Positions 1 to 11,676 of a DNA stretch of 47,051 nt are shown here, one piece after another. This stretch comes from Bugula neritina. Taxonomy: Eukaryota > Animalia > Bryozoa. Made by a program: the position numbers and the translations under genes. Under the pieces are notes generated by a model. It was not told where the DNA came from. It made no database searches and worked only from the letters and a program-made list of their open reading frames with translations. Position 1 is the first letter of the stretch, and each line of letters starts with the position of its first letter. Location: NCBI GenBank assembly GCA_964035545.1, contig CAXIUT010000271.1, forward strand, positions 1 through 47,051, given 5' to 3'.

Positions 1-75
1 CCCAACCCCAACCCCAACCCCAACCCCAACCCCAACCCCAACCCCAACCCCAACCCCAACCCCAACCCCAACCCC
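1..75 (+). repeat. Terminal telomere (CCCCAA)n, left chromosome end
   Basis: CCCAA(CCCCAA)11CCCC perfect array at window start; C4A2 is the Tetrahymena-type ciliate telomere repeat. Confidence 0.97.
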
Positions 76-207
76 TATAAAAATGATTTTGAATAACATA
101 AATATTAATAGCCTTAATAATAGATATTTGATCGGTTGATATAATAAATAAAATAGCATCAAATTTGATTTTCTGTATTGACAAGTTGAATATAGAATTC
201 TAGAGGG

Positions 208-2927
208 TCAAAAAAATTAAGTTAATTTTTGAACACATAATTTTTAGTAGTAAAAGTTTCCTTACTTGCTGTCTACTTACCCTCATATAAAAACAACTTT
301 GTACCCGAACTAAAACCAGTTGTCTTTCTTATCTGCACCAACTCAAGACTATCCGCTGACTACCTTATATCTTTTTCATTTTATTCATTTTTAGAATACA
401 ACTAGTTGGCTTTTGCTTTGAAGGAGGTTTCTCTTTTGAGGTTTGATAGCTCTTTTTATAGGGAGGCAACTTGACACAGAGCAGGTAGATCTGCTTATGA
501 TTCAAAGTTTATTATTTATATTTTTGAGGTTTTATGCTAGACTTATGAGATTAAATTTTTTAACTATTATATTTTTGATTATGGCTTAGGCTACAGTTAA
601 AGAGATGGTTCATCTAAATTGTAAGGCTACTGAGGTTAATCTATTTGAGGTTATTGAAGTTTATCAGTTTAAGTTTATAATTGAGGTTATTATTGAGGTT
701 GCAAAGGTTAATATAGTGGTTTTTCAGGCTAATTTATTTGTTAATGTTGAGGTTAATTAGATTGAACTGGTTCTATTTAACTTTAGTTCATAAATATTGG
801 AGAATGTTCTTTATTTTTTATTTATAGACATGGATCAACTATCTGTAATGATATATCTTATTATTGGTTTAAATTGATACTATTTTGTTATTATTCAACT
901 TTCTTTTATTGTATTTTAACATCTTTAACTTCTTCTACAAAACTATTATCTGTTTTGACTTTTATATTATCTACCATCTATTATTGAACTTTAGATTAGT
1001 TGTTTCTTTTAAAAGACTCCTATATATATTATTTTTATTTATTTTCTTCTTTTTGTTAATATTCTTCTTCTTTTTGTTATTAATTTTATTTCACTTATTC
1101 TTTTTAATTGATCTACTATTGTTCTACTTCATTTTTTTGAGAATACTATGAATTTATATGACTGGTTGGATCATGATTTTCATATTACTATTGCTAATGA
1201 ATAATTTATTTAGGTTATTCTTTTTGAATAAAGTTCACGTCTGCTGTTCCCATTGAAGAATATAGGTTAAATCCTGGAGTTTATACTGATTTCTATTAAT
1301 TATATTGCGATTACACTGATTATTTTAACTCTGTTCTCAATAACTAATCTTTCTATTCCAATTTATATTAATTAATCTACTCTTAATTTAAAGGCTACTT
1401 AGTAAATACTTACTATATTTGTTATTTTTAGATATTTACTTATTAATTATCTCTTTATTTTTACTATTTCGATGTTATGTATTATTATTTTATTTCTACT
1501 TTCTATTCTGATAGCTCCTGATGATGACTCGACGAACAAATAATTTAATTTTTGAGTGTTTATTCTTGATTAGACTAATCTTATTAGATAAGCATCTAAT
1601 TTCCAGATTTTTAAATTTTCATTGGAGAATTTATCTCCTGCACTCTCATCTAAGCACTTGCCGATAACAAATGATTATCGATCTCTCCAAATTAAAATTG
1701 ACTATTCTCACCTTCATCTCTGTTCTACTTCACTATCATATCTTTCGAACTCTATATCATCTCTTTACCTCTATAAGTCTACTAACTTTGATTCTATTGA
1801 CTCAACTACTGACTCTCGGTCACCTACATTATCTATCGTTAGAGCAAAGTAAAATGTTTGTCTGGAGGTGGTTGGAATAGCAACTACGGAGCCTTGTTAT
1901 CAAAATTTATTGACTACTGATCAGAACTTTATTCTTCATTTGGCTGTGAATTCAACACTACTATGTTAGGTCGATTAAGACTAGGTTCATTATTCAGACC
2001 AATATATGCGCTTTGGAACATACTTCCTTCTTATAATTTTTTAATACTCTAAGGATTATGCTGATCTTCTGCTATGATTTCAGATATACTTGATCCATCA
2101 TTGAACATGTTACTATTTAATCCTGATTGAGTCTATTGAAAATTATCAACCATACTCAGGTTACTTTCCACATTGGATCTTTTAAAAGGTAAATTTTGAG
2201 CAAGATTTATCTATTGTGAAGTATTTTTCTTTTTGAAGTTTGGCTTCAAATAGTCGCTTTCTTCTTTTTATTTATCCTATTTCGGAGATGATGGTTTAGA
2301 CGATCTAGGCAAATAATTTTAAAGACCATTGTCGATATCTTTATTAATTGGTTTTTAGATATTAGATTTATGGGTTTATTTTATTTTACGTTGATAGTAT
2401 TATCGTTTTTATCCATGCAATTCATCTTTGTCTTCGTGTAGACAATATATTTAACATTAGTTTTAGACATATTACTCAGCAAACGTCAAATTTCTATTAA
2501 GTTGTCTCCCAGTATACACCAAAAACATCTTAGACTTCTACTCTTCTTAAATATACCTCTAAATAAAATCTTTAACCAGTAAACTAGAAGCAATCGTATA
2601 TATTTCTGAAGGCTGATTATGTAGCCGACAGATAGTTATCTTTATCTATGAGGTTATGTTTCTTTTGTCAATCAGATGAAAAATACTACGATCTTCAAGT
2701 TACAAATCTGTTTATTATTCTATTTCTATTCCATTGTAGAAGAGTAGCTGTTCAGTTAGAGGCACTTTGAACCTTTTGCTGATTGCATTTGATATCTGTG
2801 ATAAATTGATAGAAGTAGATATATGAAGCAGAAGAGCCTGTTTCTTGCGATTGCGAATCAAGATGTCTTTTGTTTTGTTTTTCGGTTGTAGAGAAGTAGT
2901 GTACTATTTATTCGAATAAGTTGTCAT
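208..2927 (-). CDS. Protein with two N-terminal ubiquitin-like domains and a long low-complexity tail
   Basis: With TAR=Glu: MTTYSNKE...RFKVPLTEQLLFYNGIEIE...LELEDRSIFHL, then a second Ubl ...KMFLVYTGRQLNRNLTFAEEYVENECEIYCL. Probable 19-nt intron 1395-1413. Continuity to TGA at 208 needs at least one more indel or intron; could be two genes. Confidence 0.55.
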
Positions 2928-2996
2928 ATAGCTAATATATATAATAAAAATTAAATGAATTTCAATGAGATAGCGATCTAATTATATGAAATCGTA

Positions 2997-3909
2997 TCAG
3001 AATTGTGTGTTTTGTCTCTGTGTGATGAACTGTAAAGTCATTTGCTGTTAGTGTTTGAGTTGTCCTAATACGTTTTTATATTTCTGTTTCAGTCGTTTTC
3101 TCTAATTGATAAATGCCTGCTCCTGATCCATTCTTTGCTATTACAACCTTCCCAGTAAAATTGAATATCTCTGAGATTGATACTTTTCTAGCTGTTTTCC
3201 TTATAACTGAGTCCATTTATTGACCAACTCCTTCCGCTCTAACTTAATCTGATTTATCTATATATCAATTATCATACTACTTTCTTCTTCTACTTTCTTA
3301 TCAACATCAACTCTCCGATATTTCCCTACTACCTATGATACTATTCTTGCCGTTCTAACTCAAGTACTTGTCGACTAGGATGTCTTAGAGTATTACACTT
3401 CTTTCTCAACTTTTATCTGATAATATCTATCTACTCATTTTGTTGATCTTTGAATTGCTTTAGTTTATACTTCTGACCATCTTTGAACTTTTGGAAATAT
3501 CTGTTCCAGGCATTCTTGAAGAAACTTACTTCTCTTCGATATGCTTCATCGATTGATTCTTTTTATACTATGTGACTTCGATGTAGTTAGCTTTTTTGTG
3601 TTCGGGTGATTAGAGATCTCGTTCTACGTATTTTATTCTATATTTTTTGAGCAACTGTGTATCGCCCTGATTAGAGACAGTTATATTTTTGATTTTAAAG
3701 AGTCAAACTATGTTGATTGATAGATACAGTGATTATCTCAGAGAATGTGAACGTTTTGGTTTGAGGTTGGACTATTGATACGTGATGGTTCTGTTGAAGA
3801 AATGGTCATGCTATTTCTTTTTGGAGGTTGTGGGATGGCGAGTGGGTTCTTATTAATTTTTATTTTTGAGAGGATGCTAAGGAGTGGAATCGTCTGAACG
3901 ATTTTCCAT
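2997..3909 (-). CDS. Hypothetical coiled-coil protein
   Basis: ATG 3909; 20-nt introns at 3708-3727 and 3258-3277; C-terminus ...ERKELVNKWTQLEGKQLEKYQ...RLKQKYKNVLGQLKHEQQ...TQF-TGA. Confidence 0.55.
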
Positions 3910-4010
3910 GAATCAATATATTTTATTCTAAACTCAAATACACTAAATAAATTTGGTCGTAAAAATGATATTTATCAATTGATGATTTACACTGCTTGAA
4001 ATATTAGAAA

Positions 4011-5749
4011 ATGAGAATAGGAGGATGGAAGTTTATTAGTCTAGATAAAGAATAATTTATCCTCTTTAAAAATACGAATATTTATCCACGGTTTAACTAA
4101 GAGTTTTATTCAGTTAAAATTCTAAACAAATAAATGGCTTATAATGGTGATTTCCTCTTATCTCTGATAATGTTGTTTAAATATGTAATCAATAACCAGT
4201 TAATTTAAATGGAAATAGTTATTATAGTTTGAGATTAATATAATATTTAAAAAGTCAGAACAAAGCTTAAAAGATGAAAAGATAGTTCAAAGTAAAGACA
4301 AAGCTTAGCTACAGTCCAGGAAAGACACAATAAAATATCTATCACATTTCTACAAGATTGAAATAAAAAACGACTATTAACAGTGATAACGCAAATGATA
4401 AACCTATTTCCAAAAATAAAAGAAGCTGCTCAAAAAGAAACAATTCTAAAGGAAAGTTATTCAAAAATGCACATATTACAGGATAAAAATAAACCTTTCT
4501 TGTTTCAGATAAACAATATGGCATGAGCACTAATGGAACTGTTACCTCTGCCTCACTTAAAAATAGTTAGTCTATTGCTAATAACAAACTGATCTCTTCT
4601 TAAAAAATATATAGCCTTCAGAAAAGCCTATCCTAAAATAAACTTAATAAAGATATTCGGCGGACTATATCTGTTTCATATAAAGGAAAAACATAAAATT
4701 TTTAAACATAAAATAAACAAATGACAACTCTATCACGATTGATTTTAGAAGGAAAAGAATAAAATGATATTTCTTTTGAAATTATGTAAGAAAGCAGTAT
4801 ATTAGGATAAGAATAACATTGTATTTACATGGAATAATCTGCTTTATTCGAGGAGTTGATTACTCTAATAGTTAAGAAGGAGAAATGATTTTTTATTGAG
4901 TGATTATTTATTTTATTGTTGAAATAAAGATGAAAAAAATTAGAAGAAGATTTACCATCGAATAACCATACCTAACATAAAAGAAAAGTCTTAGTAAAAT
5001 TAATCCATAGTAATTTACTTAAAAATTCAATCATCTTCTTGATAAAGTCTCCATTCAAAATAAGTATCTTTCAAGAGTAACACATTCTAATGTACATTTT
5101 GATTCTAATTTAGGTTAAAAATTTGAAAGAGTTAGAGGAGGCGAAAAAAGAGTTGAAAAAGATAGCATAGAATAAGAAAAATTAACCTTTTAATAATTTA
5201 GAATCACAAGAAATATTTGATTTGATGAAAACAAAAGTTAATTCATCATAGGTAGAATTATAGAAGTTGTTCAAGTAAGTATTATCAGCAAAAAAGGAAA
5301 TTAAACATTTGAAAGTTGTAATAGCTGATTTATAAAAAGAAAATAAGGTTCTAGAAAGATAAATACTTCAAAATAAACAGTAATAAATAAAATATTAACA
5401 ATAAATAAGAAATTAAGTTCATGGAGAGTTATTTTAAACCCATCTAGCTCATTTTTTAACTAAATCATCAAAAGTTGGATCATTTTTATATTAATTTTGT
5501 TACAATAAACATAAAAATAGATAGTATCATAATTTTATGGAACAACTTGATTAAAAAATAGACAAATAAATAAGAAAAAAATAATATATCGACAATAGAT
5601 CTACTATGCATAATATTTAATCAAAAATAAGTTCAAGTTTAGGAATCTATACCAATCGTAACTTTTATGTCAAAGAAAGGAAGACATCAAGAAGCAAAAC
5701 AGAACAAAAATAGACAGTTAGAAGTAGATCTAATCATGTTTTTGGATGA
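4011..5749 (+). CDS. Hypothetical low-complexity/coiled-coil protein
   Basis: Long TGA-free frames under TAR=Glu (K/N/S/E-rich) with at least one frameshift near 4150; no recognised domain. Confidence 0.45.
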
Positions 5750-5769
5750 TTTATATGAAATATTTAAAT

Positions 5770-6959
5770 ATGTAATAAGAACTTCTAAGTAAAATAATAG
5801 CTTTCAGGAAAGAACTACATCAATATCCTGAAATCTCTTTCAAAGAGTTCTAAACTCATAAAAAACTCAAAAACATGCTTCTCTCTTTTGGAATCTCTTA
5901 AGACTCAATCAAATAAGTCAGAAAAGATAATCAAGAACCAACTGGAATGATAGTAGATATCAAAGGAAAAGCTGAGCCTCAAGGAAAGACTTCTGTGTTG
6001 CTTTCAGAGCTGACATGGATGCTCTGTCAATGATTGAACTCAACTAAGATCTTCCCTATGTATCAAAGAATGTAGGTGCAGCTCATATGTGTGGTCATGA
6101 TGGTCATATGGCTTGTTTGATGGGATTTGTTCCTCTGTTTGTGAAATAACTAAACAAAATTCCAAGTAATAAAAAGGTTAGACTTTTATTTCAACCATCT
6201 GAAGAAGGTCCTTTACATGGAGCTGAGCTGATGATTAAATAAGGATGTCTTGAAGGAGTTAATGAAGTTTATGGTTTCCACAACTGGCCTGTTGGTAAAA
6301 TTGGAGATATTTGGTGCAAAGAAGGAGCAGTTATGAGTCAGATATCTATTTTGAAGATCAAAATTATCGGGAGGGAGGACATGGAAGTGCTCCTTAGAAC
6401 TTGAAAGTAGCTGTTTGGAAGGCAGTTGAGATATATCAGGAATTTCATGCTTATACTCAAAAGTTACATGCTTAAAACAGAAATTTTGCTTGCACTCTTC
6501 CTGTATTTCAAGCAGGAGAAAGGTTCAACGTTATAAGTGAACAGTGTAAATATTGAAGGTTCTCTGAGAACTTTTGATTTATAAACTAGAGATTTAATTC
6601 TTTCTAAAATGAGAGAGCTGTTATCAGCAGCAGAAAAGGAAGGTTTTAAAGTTGATTACCAATAAATATTATCATGCAAAAACGATAATAGTAAAAAAGA
6701 GGCAGAAAACATTCTGAGAGTTGGAAAGGCTTTTCTAGGAGAAGAAAATGTAGGAAATGGAACTTTACCATTTAAGGCTAGTGAAGATTTCGGTTGTTAT
6801 ACTGAACGTTGTCCTGGGGCATTTTTTTTCTTTTGCACAAAAGTCAAAGAAGATGAAGTATTTCTTCATAATCCCAGATTCAACTTCAAAGACTCAATAA
6901 TTGAAAAAGCCTCTCTTTTTTGGTTGAAACTAGCTCAAGACAGACTATCCAGTACCTGA
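5770..6959 (+). CDS. M20D family amidohydrolase (hippurate/IAA-amino acid hydrolase-like)
   Basis: MEEELLSKIIAFRKELHQYPEISFKEFET; FRADMDAL; HMCGHDGHMA; LFQPSEEG; GGHGSAP; ASEDF; LHNPRFNF; 1-nt indels near 5985, 6370 and 6540. Confidence 0.92.
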
Positions 6960-7009
6960 TAAAATAAAAAATAAATAAAACATATTTAGATATTGATTGT
7001 GTTATTAGA

Positions 7010-7687
7010 ATGTCATAACTGTCTGTCAAGTTGGTGATCGTAGGCGATGGAGCAGTTGGAAAGACATCAATTCTATACAGGTATATTGATAGTAAAAACA
7101 TAGATATTCACAAAATAGATTTCCTACAGAGTACATGCCAACTATCTTCTAAAATTCTATCATCAATGTCAAAATTGAAGACAAATCGATCAACCTGGGT
7201 CTATGGTATATTTATATCTATAGAATAGGGATACTGCTGGACAAGAGTAGTTTTCTAAGCTTAGGCCACTGGCTTATACTAATGTCGATATGTTTATGCT
7301 GACTTTTTCAGTTGATGATCGGAAGTCATTTGCCAATGTATTTAAAAAGGTAAATAAATGATTAAACCAGGTAAAATATATCAAATATAGTGGTACCCCT
7401 AAGTGAGTTCAGTGGATCCTTAGGCTTTGATCATGATTGTAGGAAATAAAGTCGATTTGAGGGATAGAAATATCGATAATCCTTCATTTGTTAAGTAGGA
7501 TTAAGTCAGATAATATATGTCAAATAATAAAATCAATTGTCTATATTACGAATGTAGTGCTCTTACTCGATAAGGCATAGTCTAGATGTTCAAAGGTGGG
7601 TTGTTAGAGTTGCTTAATACTAGAACATTAAAAAATACATCAGGTAGTGACAATTGTTCTTTGTGTCCAGGTTGTCAGTTGATTTGA
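7010..7687 (+). CDS. Rho/Rac-family small GTPase
   Basis: KLVIVGDGAVGKTS; YMPTIFEN; WDTAGQEEFSKLRPLAY; KWYPEV; VGNKVDLR; ECSALT; CaaX CQLI-TGA; introns 7081-7103, 7206-7228 and 7350-7390. Confidence 0.96.
7081..7103 (+). other. 23-nt spliceosomal intron
   Basis: GTATATTGATAGTAAAAACATAG; removal restores ILYRYSQNRFPTEY. Confidence 0.9.
7206..7228 (+). other. 23-nt spliceosomal intron
   Basis: GTATA...AATAG; removal restores LWDTAGQ. Confidence 0.92.
7350..7390 (+). other. 41-nt intron made of two abutting tiny introns (21+20 nt)
   Basis: GTAAATAAATGATTAAACCAG|GTAAAATATATCAAATATAG; removing all 41 nt gives NVFKK|WYPEV. Confidence 0.85.
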
Positions 7688-7734
7688 CTATCTTTATATT
7701 CAATTCTAAATATATTAAATAAAAATATCGAATA

Positions 7735-8939
7735 TCAGAGATCACTTAGATCACTCTACAACTCGTCATAAATAAAAGGCTAATTTTAGTAAGGTTCTTC
7801 TTATGTAATACAACCCATTAGAGAACAAAATACCATGCAATATTACTTGATTAGTTGAGTACATATATATAGACAATAGAAAAAGCCTACTACTATCCCA
7901 ATTATACCACCAATCACCATCAACAAAGGATATATAATACAAGTACAACAGCATATATCCTGCATACATTGATTGTTTGAAATCAGTTGAATAGGTCCAC
8001 AAAAAAAGCAAACAATAAAGCAAACAACAGTTCCTATAGCCACAAAGACAACCAAACCAACCATAAAGATAGGAAACCCAATGATCGCCAAAATAAAAAA
8101 AAGAATTCTTTTCCAACAAGGAATATCAATAAAATGATTCCTACATACTAACAGTATTACCTAAAGAAGTTACGATGAAAAACCTCTCCGCACTAATAAT
8201 GCTAATCCCCCCAATCACTGAGACAGGCATAGCAAAATTAGTGACCACAGCGACAAGTCATATGATTACATCCTTAGATTTTTTATATAAATAACTTACA
8301 TTTAGGACATCTTTTCCAATCTTTGAAGTTTTATTGAAAATTTTTATCACAAGCACCTTCATGCTAAGGCAACTGACATTCTTTACAAAATTTTACTCTA
8401 CATTTATTACATTAGTATTTACTATTTGTAGAATCAATGATTCCCTAGCAATCTTCAGTAGGACATAACCTCAAATTAGGATTATTGATAGTTTGTTTCC
8501 ACAGCATCAATCTTTTATACTTTTATTTGGTATTTGCTGGCAATCTTTTAAAAACACCACTTTCTGTTGAAATAACAACAAAACATCCTTATTCCGGACA
8601 AATAACATCTTCCATCACATCGATTTTATATATACAATATTTTTGTAAACATTCTATGCAAAACAAATGAACACAAGCATTGATACTATCCATTTCTTAT
8701 TTTTAGTAGCTCTATTCACATAAACTACATATCATGTTATTTTTAGTACTTCTTCTTTGAATAAATTATGGAATAGTAAATGGGTTTTGCTCTTCATTGC
8801 TTTTTCTTAGAAAAGATGTACGAACCACTGATGGTAATTTCAAGGGATTATTTCCTTATTTTGGGCTAGTTGATTTATATGTGTTCAAGACAGTAGGTAT
8901 GCTCATTTGCCTATTATTATGATAAACTTAATCTTGCAT
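7735..8939 (-). CDS. RBR (RING-IBR-RING) E3 ubiquitin ligase with C-terminal transmembrane helices
   Basis: RING1 CSLC...CVHLFCIEC...CPEEGC; IBR CPTEDC...CNKC...FCKECQLPEH; RING2 [31 protein letters not shown]; hydrophobic tail; several 1-nt indels. Confidence 0.9.
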
Positions 8940-8995
8940 TTATAATTGATATAAATTTTGAAGATAAATATATTTTATAATAAATCCTACAATAT

Positions 8996-10071
8996 ATGAA
9001 AATATTGATCTTTTGCTTGCTGATTTGTTGGAGTCTAGCTACCATGGTCCCCCATGTTGGCCCTATTGAAGCTCATAAACCTAGAATCTACAAGATGGAT
9101 TTGGATGTGTCTCCTGAATAGAGATGGAGACCCATTGCCAAAGATTACGCAGAACCTATTTAAAGATTTATGGAGTATCTTGATTTGCTACCTATACCTA
9201 AAGGTTTCTACGATGGAGTTTAATGGTTTGCTAGAAATTAATTCAAATATCAAGATTTTGTTAAAGAAATCGATGCATGGCTAAAGTAAGTGGCTATCCT
9301 TTTGAAAAAATATTTTTCTTCAACTTCTTCTATGAATTTTCAACGGTTCCTCTATGCACTGGCTTTGTCATAAGAAATAAAGAAGGAACTATAATGCATG
9401 GCCGCAACCTTGACTTCTAATTATGGTAGATTCTATCTAAATTGTTAGTGACACTCGATTACTACAAAGATGGTAAACTTATCTACTCATCTGATTCGAT
9501 AGCAGGTAGTATATTTGCTTTGACTGGAGTTAGATATGGAGCATTTTCTGTCAATGTCGACACTAGAGGGTCAAAAAGTTTATAAGATAACCTTATAAGT
9601 GTTATTAAGAATAATGCTATTCCTACTTGTTGGCTTTTGAGGAAGGTTCTATAGGAAGAGACCACATATGCTGCTGCTAACCTTAGGCTGAGAAGTGAGA
9701 ATATATCAGCACCTGTTTACTATATTGTAGCTGGGTTGTAAAAGAATTAAGGAATGGTTATCGAAAGAGATTTCTACTCAGTTAATGCTTATTATGAATT
9801 ATCAGATACTAGGTGGTTTTTGGTGCAGACTAATTACGATAGAGATCAACCTGAACCAGTATATGATCAGAGGAGAATTCCAATGGAGAGGAGAATAGCA
9901 TAGATAGGACAGGACTTTTCGGTTGATACTGTGTTGAAGGAGATGATGATTTGGCCTAACTTCAACATAGCAACTATAATGACAGCAGTAATGGTTCCTG
10001 GAAAGAGTTATCATAATACCACTTCTTGGTATGGAGATAATCCTACTGAAAAACAGTTGACAACTCAATGA
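8996..10071 (+). CDS. N-acylethanolamine acid amidase / acid ceramidase family Ntn hydrolase
   Basis: Signal peptide; MDLDVSPEERW; nucleophile region CTGFVIRNKEGTIMHGRNLDF; LTGVRYGAFSVNVDTR; APVYYIVAG; FLVQTNYD. Confidence 0.9.
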
Positions 10072-10271
10072 TGAACAGCAAATAGATCTAAGTCTTTATT
10101 AATGAAATTTATAAAGAATATTCAATATTTTCTAGATTGTATTTTTTGGACTCGTGATTATTAATTTGTTTTTTTGAATAAAAAATAATAAAAATGTTGG
10201 AGGGTTATTTATAAATTATGATATTTGAATATATGATGTTTTATATTTATTTGAGATTTAAGAAGAACATC

Positions 10272-11498
10272 ATGAAAAACATCTTACTACTACTGCTAGT
10301 TTTGCTTTCTCTGACAGCTTGTGACAATAAGATACTCTCCTGGAACAGAACTCTCTTGAAACCTGTCGAAAAACTTACTCCTTCAGACATGTTACTCAGT
10401 ACTTACTTCGATGTGAATGTTGGAAAATCTACTATCTCATAGATATTAAAATAAAAGAGAAAAAATTTACTCAGTATATCAGATGGAACAAAATCAAACT
10501 ATACTAAAAGAATTTACTTATTGTTTGACTCTTAAAATTTTTTTCCAAAGTTAAAATACTAAAGTGTGTTTGAGAAGGAAAACTTTCAGTAAAAGTTTCT
10601 CTAAATAAAGCTTTAGCTGATAAACTAAACTGACAACAGAAGTATTTCAGTTAAGAAGAGTAGTTAAAACTATTCCATTGCGTATACCTTTGATGAACTT
10701 ATAATTAAGAGTTAAAGTCTATAACTGTTTGTAAAACTTGAAGAAAGCAAAATGGGTATTGAAATGTCTAATGCAACAACTATTTCTTTGGTTTAAATTT
10801 CTATTCTGTTTGTAAAGGTAATTATTATTTTATCTCTTCATATTTTAAATTTCAATGAGGGAATATAAGATTATTTTGAAATTTAAAAATAATTTATCTA
10901 CAGTCTGATTATCCTTCAGGTAAGTTGGTTCAAATTCTTTTTATAAATTTATAAATTACCAAGATAAATTTTAAATTAGAATATTATCTAAACTTTTTTT
11001 ATAATATTCTAAATTATTTTTCTCTTTCTTTCGGCTGCTTTTTATCTTTGTAAATCATTCTAAGATAAAAGATAATCGAAAACACCATTATGGCTATACC
11101 TTATCATTGCAATAACATTATATGATTTCAATGCTATTACTTTTACTATTTATACGGGTTGTATCTTGCTTAAGTAAAAATCTTAACTTCATGAAGTTTA
11201 ATAAAATAAATTAATATTGATTATCAAATCTGTGGTAATGATTTTGATCTTGGTGCCTTTCCAATTACAATGCATTTATGTAAAAGATTTTCCTAATATT
11301 GTCCCTTATCAATTCTAGTAAATACCAGTTAATGTGACATAAATATCAGCTTTCTTCATGGCCATTATCTATTTATGTGCTTTATGTATAATTTGGAATA
11401 CTTTCATTGGAGAAAGTACAATAGTAAATAGATTTAAAGATGCCATAAAAGAGAGATTTTAGCAGATAAAATCATCAGAATAATAAATACAAATATGA
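10272..11498 (+). CDS. Hypothetical signal-peptide, multi-pass membrane protein
   Basis: MKNILLLLLVLLSLTACDN; several hydrophobic segments in the C-terminal half; ends SSEEEIQI-TGA. Confidence 0.55.
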
Positions 11499-11676
11499 AT
11501 CCAGCAAAGAAAACTCATAAAATAATGATCTCTTCATCATTATCTTTTATATTACATTTGCAATAATATAAATAAAATTATTCTTTTTAAGATAAAAGAT
11601 TTTTTTATACTTGATTATCTTTTATCTTTTATATCTCTTTATTAGATATATTTATCAAAGAATTATTAGATAGGAT

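Noticed and set aside
885-1880. Hydrophobic F/L/I-rich ORFs in the supplied track, here and throughout
   Set aside because: Antisense shadows of K/E/N-rich genes, produced by treating TAA/TAG as stops.
5980-9280. Frequent frameshifts as programmed ribosomal frameshifting or pseudogenes
   Set aside because: They are 1-nt gains and losses, mostly in homopolymers, occur in both directions with no shared slippery motif, and catalytic motifs are intact. Long-read error is the simpler explanation; polishing would confirm.
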